A stretch of DNA of 64,000 bases from Candidatus Saccharimonadales bacterium (GTDB taxonomy: Bacteria > Patescibacteriota > Saccharimonadia > UBA4664 > SCTI01). The DNA is taken from assembly GCA_035479795.1 (NCBI GenBank), contig DATIII010000002.1:84034-148033 (forward strand), written 5' to 3'. The notes beneath the pieces were generated by a model. It saw only the letters and a list, made by a program, of their open reading frames with translations, had not been told where the DNA came from and did not search any database. The translations under genes and the position numbers were made by a program. Of this stretch, positions 9,821 to 18,956 are shown one piece after another (within the stretch, counting starts at the first letter, position 1; each line of letters starts with the position of its first letter).

Positions 9821-10641
9821 GGCCGCACCACCACGTAAACAATCTCTAGTTTGGAAAACGGCACGTCGGTGGACACTTGGGCTGACTGGAAAACTCCATT
9901 CTCACGCTTATCCACCGTTTGCACCTTGCCAATAATAATCCCCTTGGGTATGCCGCTCCCTAGACCGCTGGTGATAACCGTATCACTAGGTTTGATCGTT
10001 TGATTTTGGGCAATTTTGTCAAATATTAAACCACTTCCTATCTGGCCATGAATAGTCCCTGTCGGCCGATCCGGTTGGTCTTGGTCAATAGCCGCCACCC
10101 GAAAGCTCGGGTCGATAACCAAGAAGACCTTGGCCGTCTGCGGACCAACCTCCTGCACCGTACCAACCAATGTCCCAGAGGTGACCACTGCCATGCCGAC
10201 CTGAATCCCATCATTACTGCCCTTGGCGATCGTAATAAACTGGCGGAAATTGTCTGGCTGATAGCCCACTACCTCGGCAGCCGCTAACTGCTGGGGATTA
10301 ATGGTGCCCGCCCCCAGCTGCCGGCGCAAAGCTTCGTTTTGGGCCTTCAGTTCGGTATCGCTAGAAATTTTCTGCTGCAAAGCCGCCACCTGAGCCTTTA
10401 GCTTCTGGTTCTCGGCCGTTAGCTTGCTAATGGGCGTAAACAGGCTAAAAAAATTATCAAACCCGCCCCCCGCGCGGATTGTCGCCGTAGTTATCGGTTT
10501 GCCAATGGCCCCTATGGCGTTTCTAACCGGCGCTAGCCAGCCTAGCGAATTAGCAATAATCAACAATAACCCCAAGCCGAGTAAACCAAACAGGCGACGG
10601 TTAACCCCAGGTCTGGTCAGCAACCCAGCGCGACGTTTCAT
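9817..10641 (-). CDS. mreC: Rod shape-determining protein MreC
   Basis: 274 aa. N-terminal transmembrane segment, a coiled coil, then a beta-rich periplasmic domain. Overlaps mreB and mreD by 4 nt. Confidence 0.85.
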   Translation of the reverse strand: MKRRAGLLTRPGVNRRLFGLLGLGLLLIIANSLGWLAPVRNAIGAIGKPITTATIRAGGGFDNFFSLFTPISKLTAENQKLKAQVAALQQKISSDTELKAQNEALRRQLGAGTINPQQLAAAEVVGYQPDNFRQFITIAKGSNDGIQVGMAVVTSGTLVGTVQEVGPQTAKVFLVIDPSFRVAAIDQDQPDRPTGTIHGQIGSGLIFDKIAQNQTIKPSDTVITSGLGSGIPKGIIIGKVQTVDKRENGVFQSAQVSTDVPFSKLEIVYVVVRP

Positions 10642-11690
10642 GCCTGGACCCTGCCGTACTGGGTTGGCACCAGCACATCTTTGAGCGCGTCCAGATCTTC
10701 GAGCACCAGCCCGGTGCCACGCGCCACGGCCGTCAGTGGATCGTCGGCCACGTGAACCGGCATTTTGGTTTCGCGATGGACCAGCCTATCCAAGCCCTTC
10801 AACAATGCCCCACCGCCAGCCAAAATAATTCCGCGGTCCATGATGTCAGCCACTAGCTCAGGCGGTGTCTCTTCAATAGCTAGCTTAATGGCATCGACAA
10901 TTTCCTTAACACTGCGGCTGAGCGCCCGACGGATTTCTTCATGAGTTACCATTATTTGCTTAGGCAGACCAGTTACCAAATCGCGCCCGCGCATGGCCAC
11001 CGTTGCCTCGCCTTTTATGGGATAGGCCGAGCCGGCCATAATCTTAATATTCTCAGCCGTGCGTTCGCCAATCGACAGGTTATATTCTTCGCGAGCGAAC
11101 TTAATAATGTCTTCGCTCAATTCGTCGCCGGCAATTCGCAGGCTCTTTGAAGCCACAATCCCGCCAAGCGAAATAACCGCTACTTCGGTCGTGCCTCCGC
11201 CAATGTCGACCACCATTGACCCCTCCGCGTCTTGAATCGGCAGGCGGGCCCCAATGGCCGCTGCCATCGGCTCTTCTATCAGGAATGTCCGCCGGGCGCC
11301 AGCGTTCGTAGCGGCATCTTCCACCGCCCGCTTCTCCACCTCGGTCACGCCAGAGGGAATACCAATCACAACTCGAGGTCGCGGAATTAATGTAAACCGC
11401 TGCCGATGAACTTTGTCGATGAAGTATTTCAGCATTTGCTCGGTGACTTCAAAATCGCTAACCACCCCATCCACCAGCGGCCGAGTAGCCACAATGCTAG
11501 CCGGTGTCTTACCTACCATCCGCTTGGCCTCGTCACCTATCGCCAAGACTTGGTTGGTCTTGGAATTAATTGCCACCACGCTGGGCTCATTGATAACAAT
11601 TCCTTGACCGCGCACATACACCAAGGTGTTGGCCGTACCCAGGTCGATACCAATATCGTGCGAAAACCGCCCCAAAATCTGGTTAAACAT
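10638..11690 (-). CDS. mreB: Rod shape-determining protein MreB (actin homolog)
   Basis: 350 aa. DIGIDLGTANTLVYV phosphate-1 motif. Confidence 0.95.
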   Translation of the reverse strand: MFNQILGRFSHDIGIDLGTANTLVYVRGQGIVINEPSVVAINSKTNQVLAIGDEAKRMVGKTPASIVATRPLVDGVVSDFEVTEQMLKYFIDKVHRQRFTLIPRPRVVIGIPSGVTEVEKRAVEDAATNAGARRTFLIEEPMAAAIGARLPIQDAEGSMVVDIGGGTTEVAVISLGGIVASKSLRIAGDELSEDIIKFAREEYNLSIGERTAENIKIMAGSAYPIKGEATVAMRGRDLVTGLPKQIMVTHEEIRRALSRSVKEIVDAIKLAIEETPPELVADIMDRGIILAGGGALLKGLDRLVHRETKMPVHVADDPLTAVARGTGLVLEDLDALKDVLVPTQYGRVQA

Positions 11691-11792
11691 TACCGTTAGT
11701 TTAACAGGAGTGGAAAGGCCTTACAAAGGTAAAGAATGTGTTCACAAATCGCCCGGTGAGCGCCAGGTTAGCGTATAACTCTTGTGCTCAAG

Positions 11793-13049
11793 TTAGGAAC
11801 TTTTAAGGGGATGTGCGGCCTTATCCAAGCTAAGAAGCTTGATCTCGTCTAGGTGACGGAACTTAAGCTCGGCCGAGTTTTTTTCTAACGTTTTCGGACT
11901 GACAGTTAAGCGCACCGGGCAACCTATCAAATCCGCATCAGCAAACTTACCGCCAGCCGATTCATCACGATCATCATAAAGCACGCTAAAGCCATTTGTT
12001 TGCAGCTGGTCGTAAAGCTTGTCAGCGGCGGCCACAACCTTGGCATCTTCGCCGATGCGTACGAGCGAAACCTGAGCTGGGGCGACTGACTCTGGCCAGG
12101 CCAGACCCTTATCGTCTGCAAAAAATTCGGCCAACACACCAACAAGTCGACTAACACCGATCCCATACGAACCCATGATCATTGGGTGCTGCTTGCCATG
12201 TTCGTCGGTAAAGACCGCGCCTAGAGGCTCAGAAAACTTGGTGGCTAGCGGGAAAATATTACCCACCTCGGCGGCTTTTACTTTGCGCAAGTCGGCCTTC
12301 TTAACACCAAGCTCTTTCAAGACAGCTTCGTCATTAATAATTTCTTCGTTAATGGCCACCTTTTGCTTATCGTCGATGTAAATAATGTCCTCGCCCACCT
12401 CTAAAACTGTCTGGAACTCGTGCGAATACTTCGAGAACATGCCACCTGAAGCATAAGTGTAGTAGGTGTTGTGGCCAAGGCCGAGTCGAATGTAGACATT
12501 CTCGTAGGCCTCCCGAGACTTTTGGTAAAACTTATCGTGCTGCTGCTGATCGACAGAGAAGGAATATAGGTCCTTCATGTAAAATTCGCGGCAACGCATG
12601 ATGCCACTCTTAGCGCGCAGCTCGTTGCGCATCTTCCACTGGAATTGATAAGTATAAATTGGGAGGTCTTTGTACGAATTGGCATAACGGCTGACGATGC
12701 GCGTCATCGGCTCTTCATGAGTTGGCGCTAGGCCAATTTCGACCTCGTTCTGCAAGGCTGTTTTAAACCACACATCAACTTCATCGTGGCTCCAGCGCCC
12801 GGTTTTTTCCCAAATATCCTTAGGTTGGAGCGTTGTCATCTGAAGCTCTTGGCCACCGATCTTATCCATCTCTTCACGAACTATTTGCTCGATATTCTTG
12901 AGCACCTTCAAACCGAGTGGTAGAAAGGTATAAACTCCCGCCATTTCTTTATGAATAAACCCAGCACGCAGTAGCAATTGGGCACCCTTGGAGGTCTCAT
13001 CCTTGGGTGTTTCCTTAGTGGTTTTAGTAAAAAGTTGGGACAGTCTCAT
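11793..13049 (-). CDS. proS: Prolyl-tRNA synthetase (short form lacking the insertion/editing domain)
   Basis: 418 aa. MRLSQLF...AQLLLRAGFI start, class II motifs and a C-terminal anticodon-binding domain. Confidence 0.92.
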   Translation of the reverse strand: MRLSQLFTKTTKETPKDETSKGAQLLLRAGFIHKEMAGVYTFLPLGLKVLKNIEQIVREEMDKIGGQELQMTTLQPKDIWEKTGRWSHDEVDVWFKTALQNEVEIGLAPTHEEPMTRIVSRYANSYKDLPIYTYQFQWKMRNELRAKSGIMRCREFYMKDLYSFSVDQQQHDKFYQKSREAYENVYIRLGLGHNTYYTYASGGMFSKYSHEFQTVLEVGEDIIYIDDKQKVAINEEIINDEAVLKELGVKKADLRKVKAAEVGNIFPLATKFSEPLGAVFTDEHGKQHPMIMGSYGIGVSRLVGVLAEFFADDKGLAWPESVAPAQVSLVRIGEDAKVVAAADKLYDQLQTNGFSVLYDDRDESAGGKFADADLIGCPVRLTVSPKTLEKNSAELKFRHLDEIKLLSLDKAAHPLKSS

Positions 13050-13768
13050 TTATTTATAGCCGTGTAGGCGATGTAGTTATTTAGCATATGGAGTGCGATT
13101 CCGGGGATTATTGACCCAAGGCGCACGTACAAGAAACATAATAGCAAGCCGAGTATGAAGGTGTATACGTCGACATTGGCTTGCAAATGGGCAAAACCAA
13201 ACAGCAGGCTGGAAATAATGGCGCCGCCGGCCAGGCCGAACCGCTTAGCGAAGGCCGGGAACATAAATCCCCGGAACACCGGCTCCTCCACCAGCGGCGG
13301 GATAATTACCAGCGCCAGCAGGCTGATTGGCTGGAGGCCAGAGGGGACATTTATAAACTCATTTGATTGAGGCTGGTTGGCATTAAATCCGGGACTAAGA
13401 AATGTCAGAACCGTATAAACAACCCCAATTAGCACTGAGAAAAAGATCATTATTAAAAGTACGTTCCACAGGGCGCGCCAAAAACTAAACGGCCTCAGAC
13501 CGAGCGAGCGAAGAGTGACTCGGTATTTGCGCAAATAATATCCAATTATGAAGTAGGATGCCGCCAGATCAAGCAGGACGATAGCAAAACTGGCGACCGG
13601 GTCACCTGCGTCATAGGCCTGCAGCCAAACCTGAGCCGTCGGAAAAGCCGGCTCGAGGACCTTCAGCCAAACCACTACGGCCAGGGGTAGTAAAACCCAC
13701 GGAACCAGGAAAACGGCCAGGGCCTGGCGGATATTCCAAGGCACCGAGAGAATACGTTGGAAATACAT
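13046..13768 (-). CDS. CPBP family intramembrane metalloprotease (CAAX protease/Abi-like)
   Basis: Polytopic membrane protein with EEPVFRG and FGFAH motifs. Confidence 0.75.
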   Translation of the reverse strand: MYFQRILSVPWNIRQALAVFLVPWVLLPLAVVVWLKVLEPAFPTAQVWLQAYDAGDPVASFAIVLLDLAASYFIIGYYLRKYRVTLRSLGLRPFSFWRALWNVLLIMIFFSVLIGVVYTVLTFLSPGFNANQPQSNEFINVPSGLQPISLLALVIIPPLVEEPVFRGFMFPAFAKRFGLAGGAIISSLLFGFAHLQANVDVYTFILGLLLCFLYVRLGSIIPGIALHMLNNYIAYTAINK

Positions 13769-14844
13769 TAGTTTAGCCTGGCAATATCAAAGGCCGTAAC
13801 GACGACCATGAGCAGAATCAGCGCCACAAATCCAGCGGCATGGATCGCGGTTTCTACCCGTTCGCTTAAAGTCTTGCCACTGATGGCTTGGGCCAAGGCC
13901 ATAACCCAGCGGCCGCCATCGAGTGCCGGCAGTGGTAGAGCATTAATAACCGCCAAAGACAGTGAAATTGAGGCGACAAAGGTAAGCACATAGGCCAGGC
14001 CGAGGTTCACAATGTTGCTTAAGATAACCACAATACCGACTGGCCCCGCCACTTGATCGCTCACCTGCCCGTGAATAAACAGCCCGGCTATCAAACCGCC
14101 AAATGCCAGCAAAGTCCCGATAATTAGCTGCCAGAGCAAGCCGGCCGACACAATTAATGAGTCGACGAATCCGTATTTTAGTTTATAAGTTTGTAATGGC
14201 GTCACACCCAAGAACCCTTGCTTACTGTCTGCCGGGCGTAGCAGAGTGTGGATGGTCCGGCGCTGACCATGGCGATCGACATCAATCGTCACCGACCGCC
14301 CTGCATGGCTTTTGGTAAAGTTCAATAAATCACTTTCCGAGGACAGCTTCTGCCCGTCGGCTTCGAGCAAAATGTCACCTCTCTTTATATCGTTTCTATC
14401 CGCCGGGCTATCAGGTTCGACAGCCACTACCATAACTTGCTTCGGCTGGGCGTAACTGGCCTGGCCGAAAGCGAACTGTTTATCAATCAACGGCGGCAGA
14501 CCGGTAAGACACAGATAAACCAAGATTAAGTAGGCAACAAGGGCGTTCATCGTCACTCCGGCCAGCAAGATCTTGGTCTTGGCCCAAAAACTGGCAGCCC
14601 CAAAGCTGCCTTCTGTCCCATCGGTTAGATTTTCGCCTTTCAGCCGGACGAAGCCACCCAGCGGAATCCAGTTAATGGAATATTTTGTCCGGCCGACTTG
14701 ACGCCCGTACAGTAGCGGCGGGAAGCCAAAGCCAAACTCTTCAACTTCCACTCCATTACGTCGCGCCGCCACAAAGTGCCCTAGTTCGTGGACAAAAACC
14801 AGCAGGCCGAATATCAAAATAACCAGCAGGATAATAGAAATCAT
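13768..14844 (-). CDS. rseP: RIP metalloprotease RseP (site-2 protease, M50)
   Basis: HELGH zinc motif in the first transmembrane helix, a PDZ domain, then an LDGG region. Confidence 0.88.
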   Translation of the reverse strand: MISIILLVILIFGLLVFVHELGHFVAARRNGVEVEEFGFGFPPLLYGRQVGRTKYSINWIPLGGFVRLKGENLTDGTEGSFGAASFWAKTKILLAGVTMNALVAYLILVYLCLTGLPPLIDKQFAFGQASYAQPKQVMVVAVEPDSPADRNDIKRGDILLEADGQKLSSESDLLNFTKSHAGRSVTIDVDRHGQRRTIHTLLRPADSKQGFLGVTPLQTYKLKYGFVDSLIVSAGLLWQLIIGTLLAFGGLIAGLFIHGQVSDQVAGPVGIVVILSNIVNLGLAYVLTFVASISLSLAVINALPLPALDGGRWVMALAQAISGKTLSERVETAIHAAGFVALILLMVVVTAFDIARLN

Positions 14845-14862
14845 TAGAACTATTATAGCGGA

Positions 14863-15546
14863 TTACTGGCCGAAGCGGCGCCCGCGATTGGCGTACTCGG
14901 CTAAGGCTTTATCCAACTCGGCCTCATCAAACTCCGGCCAGAGTGTATCGGTAAAGTACAGTTCACTGTAGGCGCCTTCCCAAGGCAAGAAGTTACTCAA
15001 GCGTTGTTCGCCCGAAGTGCGAATAATCAGGTCCGGATCGGGAGTGCCGGCCGAGACTAAATAATTGGCGAAGGCTTCCTCATCCACGGCCTTGACTCCG
15101 CTTTCTAGCGTACGATTTACCGCCGCCACAATGTCGGCCCTACCGCCGTAATTAAAGCAGATATTAAAGGTGGCATTTGCGTTGTGGTGAGTCAATTTCT
15201 CGGCCTCATTAAGAGCTGCTGCCAAGCCACCTGGCAGATCGTCGCGGCGGCCCCAGAAATTCAAGCGCACACCCCTTTTGTGATAATGTTTGACCTCGTT
15301 TTTCAAGCCCCACTCGAGCAGCTTCAAGAGCGCGCCAACTTCGTCCCTGGTGCGCTGCCAGTTCTCGGTAGAAAATGCATAGACGGTCAAAGTGGTGATG
15401 CCCCGCTCAACAGCGGCATCGGCCATCTTCTTTAACGTTTCGTAGCCAGCTTTGTGAGCCTCGACCACACCCAAACCTTTAGATTTAGCCCAACGGCGGT
15501 TACCGTCGGGAATAATTGCGACATGATTTGGCACTGCGCTGCTCAT
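14863..15546 (-). CDS. uppS: Undecaprenyl diphosphate synthase
   Basis: 227 aa. HVAIIPDGNRRWA and SGEQRLSNFLPW motifs. Confidence 0.92.
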   Translation of the reverse strand: MSSAVPNHVAIIPDGNRRWAKSKGLGVVEAHKAGYETLKKMADAAVERGITTLTVYAFSTENWQRTRDEVGALLKLLEWGLKNEVKHYHKRGVRLNFWGRRDDLPGGLAAALNEAEKLTHHNANATFNICFNYGGRADIVAAVNRTLESGVKAVDEEAFANYLVSAGTPDPDLIIRTSGEQRLSNFLPWEGAYSELYFTDTLWPEFDEAELDKALAEYANRGRRFGQ

Positions 15547-15594
15547 AATGACTCTAGATTGCCACGTCGCCGCGCTCCTCGCAATGACAAATCT

Positions 15595-15622
15595 AAATCC
15601 TGAATCCTAGATCCTAAATCCT
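15595..15622 (+). repeat. Array of four tandem heptamers (AAATCCT GAATCCT AGATCCT AAATCCT)
   Basis: Read directly in the frr-uppS spacer. Same family and length as the arrays at 3723-3750 and 33929-33956. Confidence 0.6.
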
Positions 15623-15624
15623 GT

Positions 15625-16182
15625 TTAGACCGTCATGATTTCGGCCTCTTTGGCCTTGGCAACTTCGTCGATCTGCTTTTTATAAGTATCAATCTTCTTG
15701 TTCAGCTCGGTTTCGGCAAACTTTACATCGTCCTGAGTAGCTTCCTTGGCCTTCTCCAGCTTCTTCACTTCGTTCAAGATATCGTGGCGGATGTTGCGCA
15801 GCGAGATGTTAGCGTTTTCCACCTTGGCTCCGAGATCTTTAACAATCTCGCGCCGACGCTCTTCAGTCATCGGAGGCACATTCAGGCGCACCACATTACC
15901 GTCACTGGACGGATTGAGGCCTAGCGACTGGGTTTCACGGATAAGCTTTTCAATCGGAGCTACATTGTTTTTGTCCCACGGGCTGATCATGATCGTCCGG
16001 GCATCGGGAGTGGTAATGGTGGCCACAGCCTTGAGTGGCTGCTGGGCGCCCCAAACTTCCAGGCTCAAATTCTCAACCAGTGAGGTCGAGGCCCGGCCGG
16101 TGCGCAGACTACGCAAGTCTTCGCGCAGGTGCTCGACCGCCTTGTCCATCCGCCCGTTCGCACTGTCGACCAGTGGGCGCAT
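15625..16182 (-). CDS. frr: Ribosome recycling factor
   Basis: Start placed at the internal MRPLVDSANGRMDKAVEHL, which gives 185 aa. The longer ORF would overlap the tsf coding region. Confidence 0.9.
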   Translation of the reverse strand: MRPLVDSANGRMDKAVEHLREDLRSLRTGRASTSLVENLSLEVWGAQQPLKAVATITTPDARTIMISPWDKNNVAPIEKLIRETQSLGLNPSSDGNVVRLNVPPMTEERRREIVKDLGAKVENANISLRNIRHDILNEVKKLEKAKEATQDDVKFAETELNKKIDTYKKQIDEVAKAKEAEIMTV

Positions 16183-16183
16183 G

Positions 16184-16789
16184 TTAAGAGCTAGCTCCCA
16201 GCTCGAGACGGGAAAATTGCCTAATAACCACGTTCTCACCCACCTTGGCGCTGACTTCAGTAGTTAAAGCTTCAATGGTTTTGTCCGGGTCCTTCACAAA
16301 CGGCTGCCGACTCAAGCAAACGGTCTCATAATACTTATCAATCTTGCCATTCACAATCTTGAGCTTGATGTCATCGGGCTTTTCGCCGGCTGGCGAATTG
16401 ACAAGCTCGCCATAAAACATTTCCTTTTCCTTCGAAACCACATCCTCAGGAACACTCTCTGGATTTAAATATTCAGGATCGGTCGCCGCAATGTGCATGG
16501 CAATGTCTTTAGCAAAGTTTTTGAAGTCTTCCGTCCGCGCCACAAAGTCGGTTTCGCAGTTAACCTCTACCAACACACCAATCTTTTCACCGTGGACGTA
16601 GGAGGCCACGACGCCGTTACGAGCCTCGCGGTCGGCACGTTTGGCCGCCTGGGCGGCACCCTTTTTACGCAGTACTTCCATGGCCTGCTCCATGTTGCCA
16701 TCAGTTTCCACTAAGGCCTTTTTGGCATCCATCATGCCAGCGCCGGTGCGCTCACGCAGAGTTTTAACGTCTTCGATTGTAAAGCTCAT
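16184..16789 (-). CDS. tsf: Elongation factor Ts (short form)
   Basis: 201 aa. N-terminal UBA-like LRERTGAGMMDAKKAL. Confidence 0.9.
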   Translation of the reverse strand: MSFTIEDVKTLRERTGAGMMDAKKALVETDGNMEQAMEVLRKKGAAQAAKRADREARNGVVASYVHGEKIGVLVEVNCETDFVARTEDFKNFAKDIAMHIAATDPEYLNPESVPEDVVSKEKEMFYGELVNSPAGEKPDDIKLKIVNGKIDKYYETVCLSRQPFVKDPDKTIEALTTEVSAKVGENVVIRQFSRLELGASS

Positions 16790-17538
16790 TACTTTCCCTC
16801 TTTTTCGTTTTCTTGGTCTTCAGAAATTTTCTCTTCATGCGCCTTTTTAGCATACTCGGCAGCGCCACCTGTAGCGGCTTCGGCAATGGCATGGGTAATT
16901 ACGCGGATCGACTTAATAGCGTCGTCGTTAGCTGGGATCGGATAGGTAATCATATCCGGGTCCGCATTGGTATCGGCCACCCCAATAACCGGGATGCCCA
17001 GTGTCCGGGCCTCGTTAATGGCAATGTCGTCACGAACGGCGTCCACTACAAACACAGCGGCCGGGGCCTCGTCCATATTCTTAATGCCACCGAAGATCCG
17101 ATTCAGGTCTTTGGCTTCGTTAGAAAGATCCAGCACTTCCTTTTTGTTGTACTTAGAAGCAAAGTCGCCGCTTTCTAATCCGGACTCAAGATCCTTGAGC
17201 CGGCGGACACGGGTTTGGATAGTGCGGAAGTTGGTCAGCATGCCGCCTAGCCAACGCTCGGTAACGTAAGGCATACCAGCCTTTTCGGCCTCGTCTTTAA
17301 TAATCGACTGGGCCTGGCGCTTGGTGCCGACAAACAAGATCTTTCCGCCATCAGCCGTAACGGCGTGGGCGAACTTAACCGCATCTTGCAGGTAATTGAT
17401 CGTCTTGGTCAGGTCAATAATGTGGACGCCACCACGAATACCAAAAATGAACTGGTTCATTTTAGGGTTCCAACGCCGGGTTTGGTGGCCAAAGTGCGAG
17501 CCGGCCTCCAATAGCTCTTTTACAGATGTATCTGCCAT
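16789..17538 (-). CDS. rpsB: 30S ribosomal protein S2
   Basis: 249 aa. LLEAGSHFGHQTRRWNPKM. AAGGAGA RBS upstream of the ATG. Confidence 0.95.
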   Translation of the reverse strand: MADTSVKELLEAGSHFGHQTRRWNPKMNQFIFGIRGGVHIIDLTKTINYLQDAVKFAHAVTADGGKILFVGTKRQAQSIIKDEAEKAGMPYVTERWLGGMLTNFRTIQTRVRRLKDLESGLESGDFASKYNKKEVLDLSNEAKDLNRIFGGIKNMDEAPAAVFVVDAVRDDIAINEARTLGIPVIGVADTNADPDMITYPIPANDDAIKSIRVITHAIAEAATGGAAEYAKKAHEEKISEDQENEKEGK

Positions 17539-17641
17539 ATGTCTCCTTTTACTTCATCTCGACTGCCCAGTTGGGAGGATTTATTGCCAAGACTGATTCG
17601 TTCATTGATTTGACCTTGGTACTTTAACAGATTAGAACAGG

Positions 17642-17670
17642 TTGCACAAGTACCGCTTCAGGAGTATTAT
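17642..17670 (+). promoter_or_regulatory. Sigma70-like promoter (TTGCAC-17nt-TATTAT) for island-1 gene A
   Basis: The hexamers and spacing were read directly. A ~30-nt leader carrying GGAGGAG ends at the ATG at 17702. Confidence 0.5.
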
Positions 17671-17701
17671 CACGGGGCTTACAAGTGCACCTGGAGGAGA
17701 A

Positions 17702-18046
17702 ATGAAACAGTTGGAAGTTTGCCGCGTCTACGTTGACGCGCATGTAGCTGGCTGCCAGGTCGTCGTCAACCCCGGAGAAGAGAACCTGAAGGTCCTTGAG
17801 CCGAGCAGACTCTTCCCCATTGGGCTCAACCGCTACTTGGCATGGGAAACCGCTGATCACGACGACGACACCGGAGAAGCGTGGGTCTACGTATTTCACC
17901 ACCGCTACGACCATGATGGCGACGAGTGGCTGGTCCATGAAAACTCTCTCCGCGTCGTCGATGAGGATGCCAAGTTCCAGCTCTTCTACGACTGGGACCC
18001 TGGCTGCGCGATCAGCGAGAATCCAAACTGGAAGCGCCTTAGCTGA
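17702..18046 (+). CDS. Hypothetical small acidic protein, paralog A (GC-rich module 1)
   Basis: GGAGGAG RBS. 115 aa. Shares the CRV and LPxxxLPxGxNxYxAW segments with the next ORF. The plus strand is preferred over the antisense ORFs because of the RBS and the more protein-like composition. Confidence 0.55.
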   Translation: MKQLEVCRVYVDAHVAGCQVVVNPGEENLKVLEPSRLFPIGLNRYLAWETADHDDDTGEAWVYVFHHRYDHDGDEWLVHENSLRVVDEDAKFQLFYDWDPGCAISENPNWKRLS

Positions 18047-18073
18047 CATTCATACAACCAAGAAAGGACCGTC

Positions 18074-18433
18074 TTGCGCTATTTCTGGCTTTGCAGGGTA
18101 AGCGTGCTCTTCGACCCGCCCAAGGGCATTGGCCCGCACGTGATGTTTGCAACCGGACAGCCGTCCGACTACGACGACGGTCCGGCCCTCCCCGAGCGCT
18201 CCATCCTGCCGGTCGGAGGAGACAACTACGTGGCCTGGGACTTCAACGACCTGGGCGCCGGCCTGGTACTGTTCAATCTGGTACTTGCGGCCGGTCAAGA
18301 CCCGCGAGTACATGCCGGGCCGATCGTAACCCAAGACGGTGAGTTCGAACTGGTGCTCGGCCAGCACACCCCTGTCGGCGGCCGGCAAAACTCCAACCTG
18401 CGCCGGCCCGAGTGGCGGGTTGTTGATGAATGA
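18074..18433 (+). CDS. Hypothetical small protein, paralog B (GC-rich module 1; TTG start)
   Basis: AAAGGA lies 7 nt upstream of the TTG. 119 aa, alignable with paralog A (LCRVSV.../...[12 protein letters not shown]). Confidence 0.5.
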   Translation: MRYFWLCRVSVLFDPPKGIGPHVMFATGQPSDYDDGPALPERSILPVGGDNYVAWDFNDLGAGLVLFNLVLAAGQDPRVHAGPIVTQDGEFELVLGQHTPVGGRQNSNLRRPEWRVVDE

Positions 18434-18440
18434 CCACGCC

Positions 18441-18472
18441 CCCGCGGCCCCCCGCTGCGGGGGCCGCGGGGT
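18441..18472 (+). terminator. Very stable GC-only hairpin (13-bp perfect stem) directly after paralog B stop; U-tail-less terminator/insulator
   Basis: CCCCGCGGCCCCC cgctgc GGGGGCCGCGGGG, read directly. Confidence 0.55.
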
Positions 18473-18489
18473 TCAGCCGATCACATGGC

Positions 18490-18518
18490 TTGATAGATCT
18501 GTAATTATCTGCTATATT
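18490..18518 (+). promoter_or_regulatory. Sigma70-like promoter (TTGATA-17nt-TATATT) for rpmE, giving a near-leaderless transcript
   Basis: The -10 hexamer ends 9 nt before the rpmE ATG. Confidence 0.5.
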
Positions 18519-18527
18519 GGTTCGGTT

Positions 18528-18902
18528 ATGAAAACCGGAATTCACCCCGAATTGAAGACCACCAAAGTCCACTGCAACGGCTGCGGCACTGATTTTGAAA
18601 CGGCCGCCACTGTGGATTCTATTACCGTGGAAATTTGCTCTAACTGTCATCCGTTCTACACGGGTAAGCAGAAGCTGGTTGATACCGCTGGTCGGGTTGA
18701 GAAGTTCCGAGCTCGGGCCGAGGCCGCTTCTAAGGCTAAGTCAGCCAAAAAGGCCAAGCCAGCCAAAAATGAAGATGCCGAAGTCGTAGAAGACAACAAG
18801 CCAGCCAATGATCCGGAAATGAAAGAAATTGCCCAGGAGTTCAAGGCTGAAACAGTAGACATGCCAGCAGCTGATTCTGACGCCGAAACTACTGAATCTT
18901 AA
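18528..18902 (+). CDS. rpmE: 50S ribosomal protein L31 (Zn-binding type) with ~55-aa Lys/Ala/Glu-rich C-terminal extension
   Basis: MKTGIHPEL with CNGCG and CSNCH cysteine pairs. The ORF runs to 124 aa. Confidence 0.9.
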   Translation: MKTGIHPELKTTKVHCNGCGTDFETAATVDSITVEICSNCHPFYTGKQKLVDTAGRVEKFRARAEAASKAKSAKKAKPAKNEDAEVVEDNKPANDPEMKEIAQEFKAETVDMPAADSDAETTES

Positions 18903-18956
18903 CTAATTCACAAGGAAACGCTCTGATACAATTGTCATGAGCGTTTTTTGTTACTT

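Noticed and set aside
17624-18388. Minus-strand ORFs of 141 and 112 aa antisense to module-1 paralogs A and B
   Set aside because: No RBS and Val-run-rich composition. The plus-strand ORFs have a promoter plus an RBS. This is kept as an uncertainty rather than excluded with certainty.
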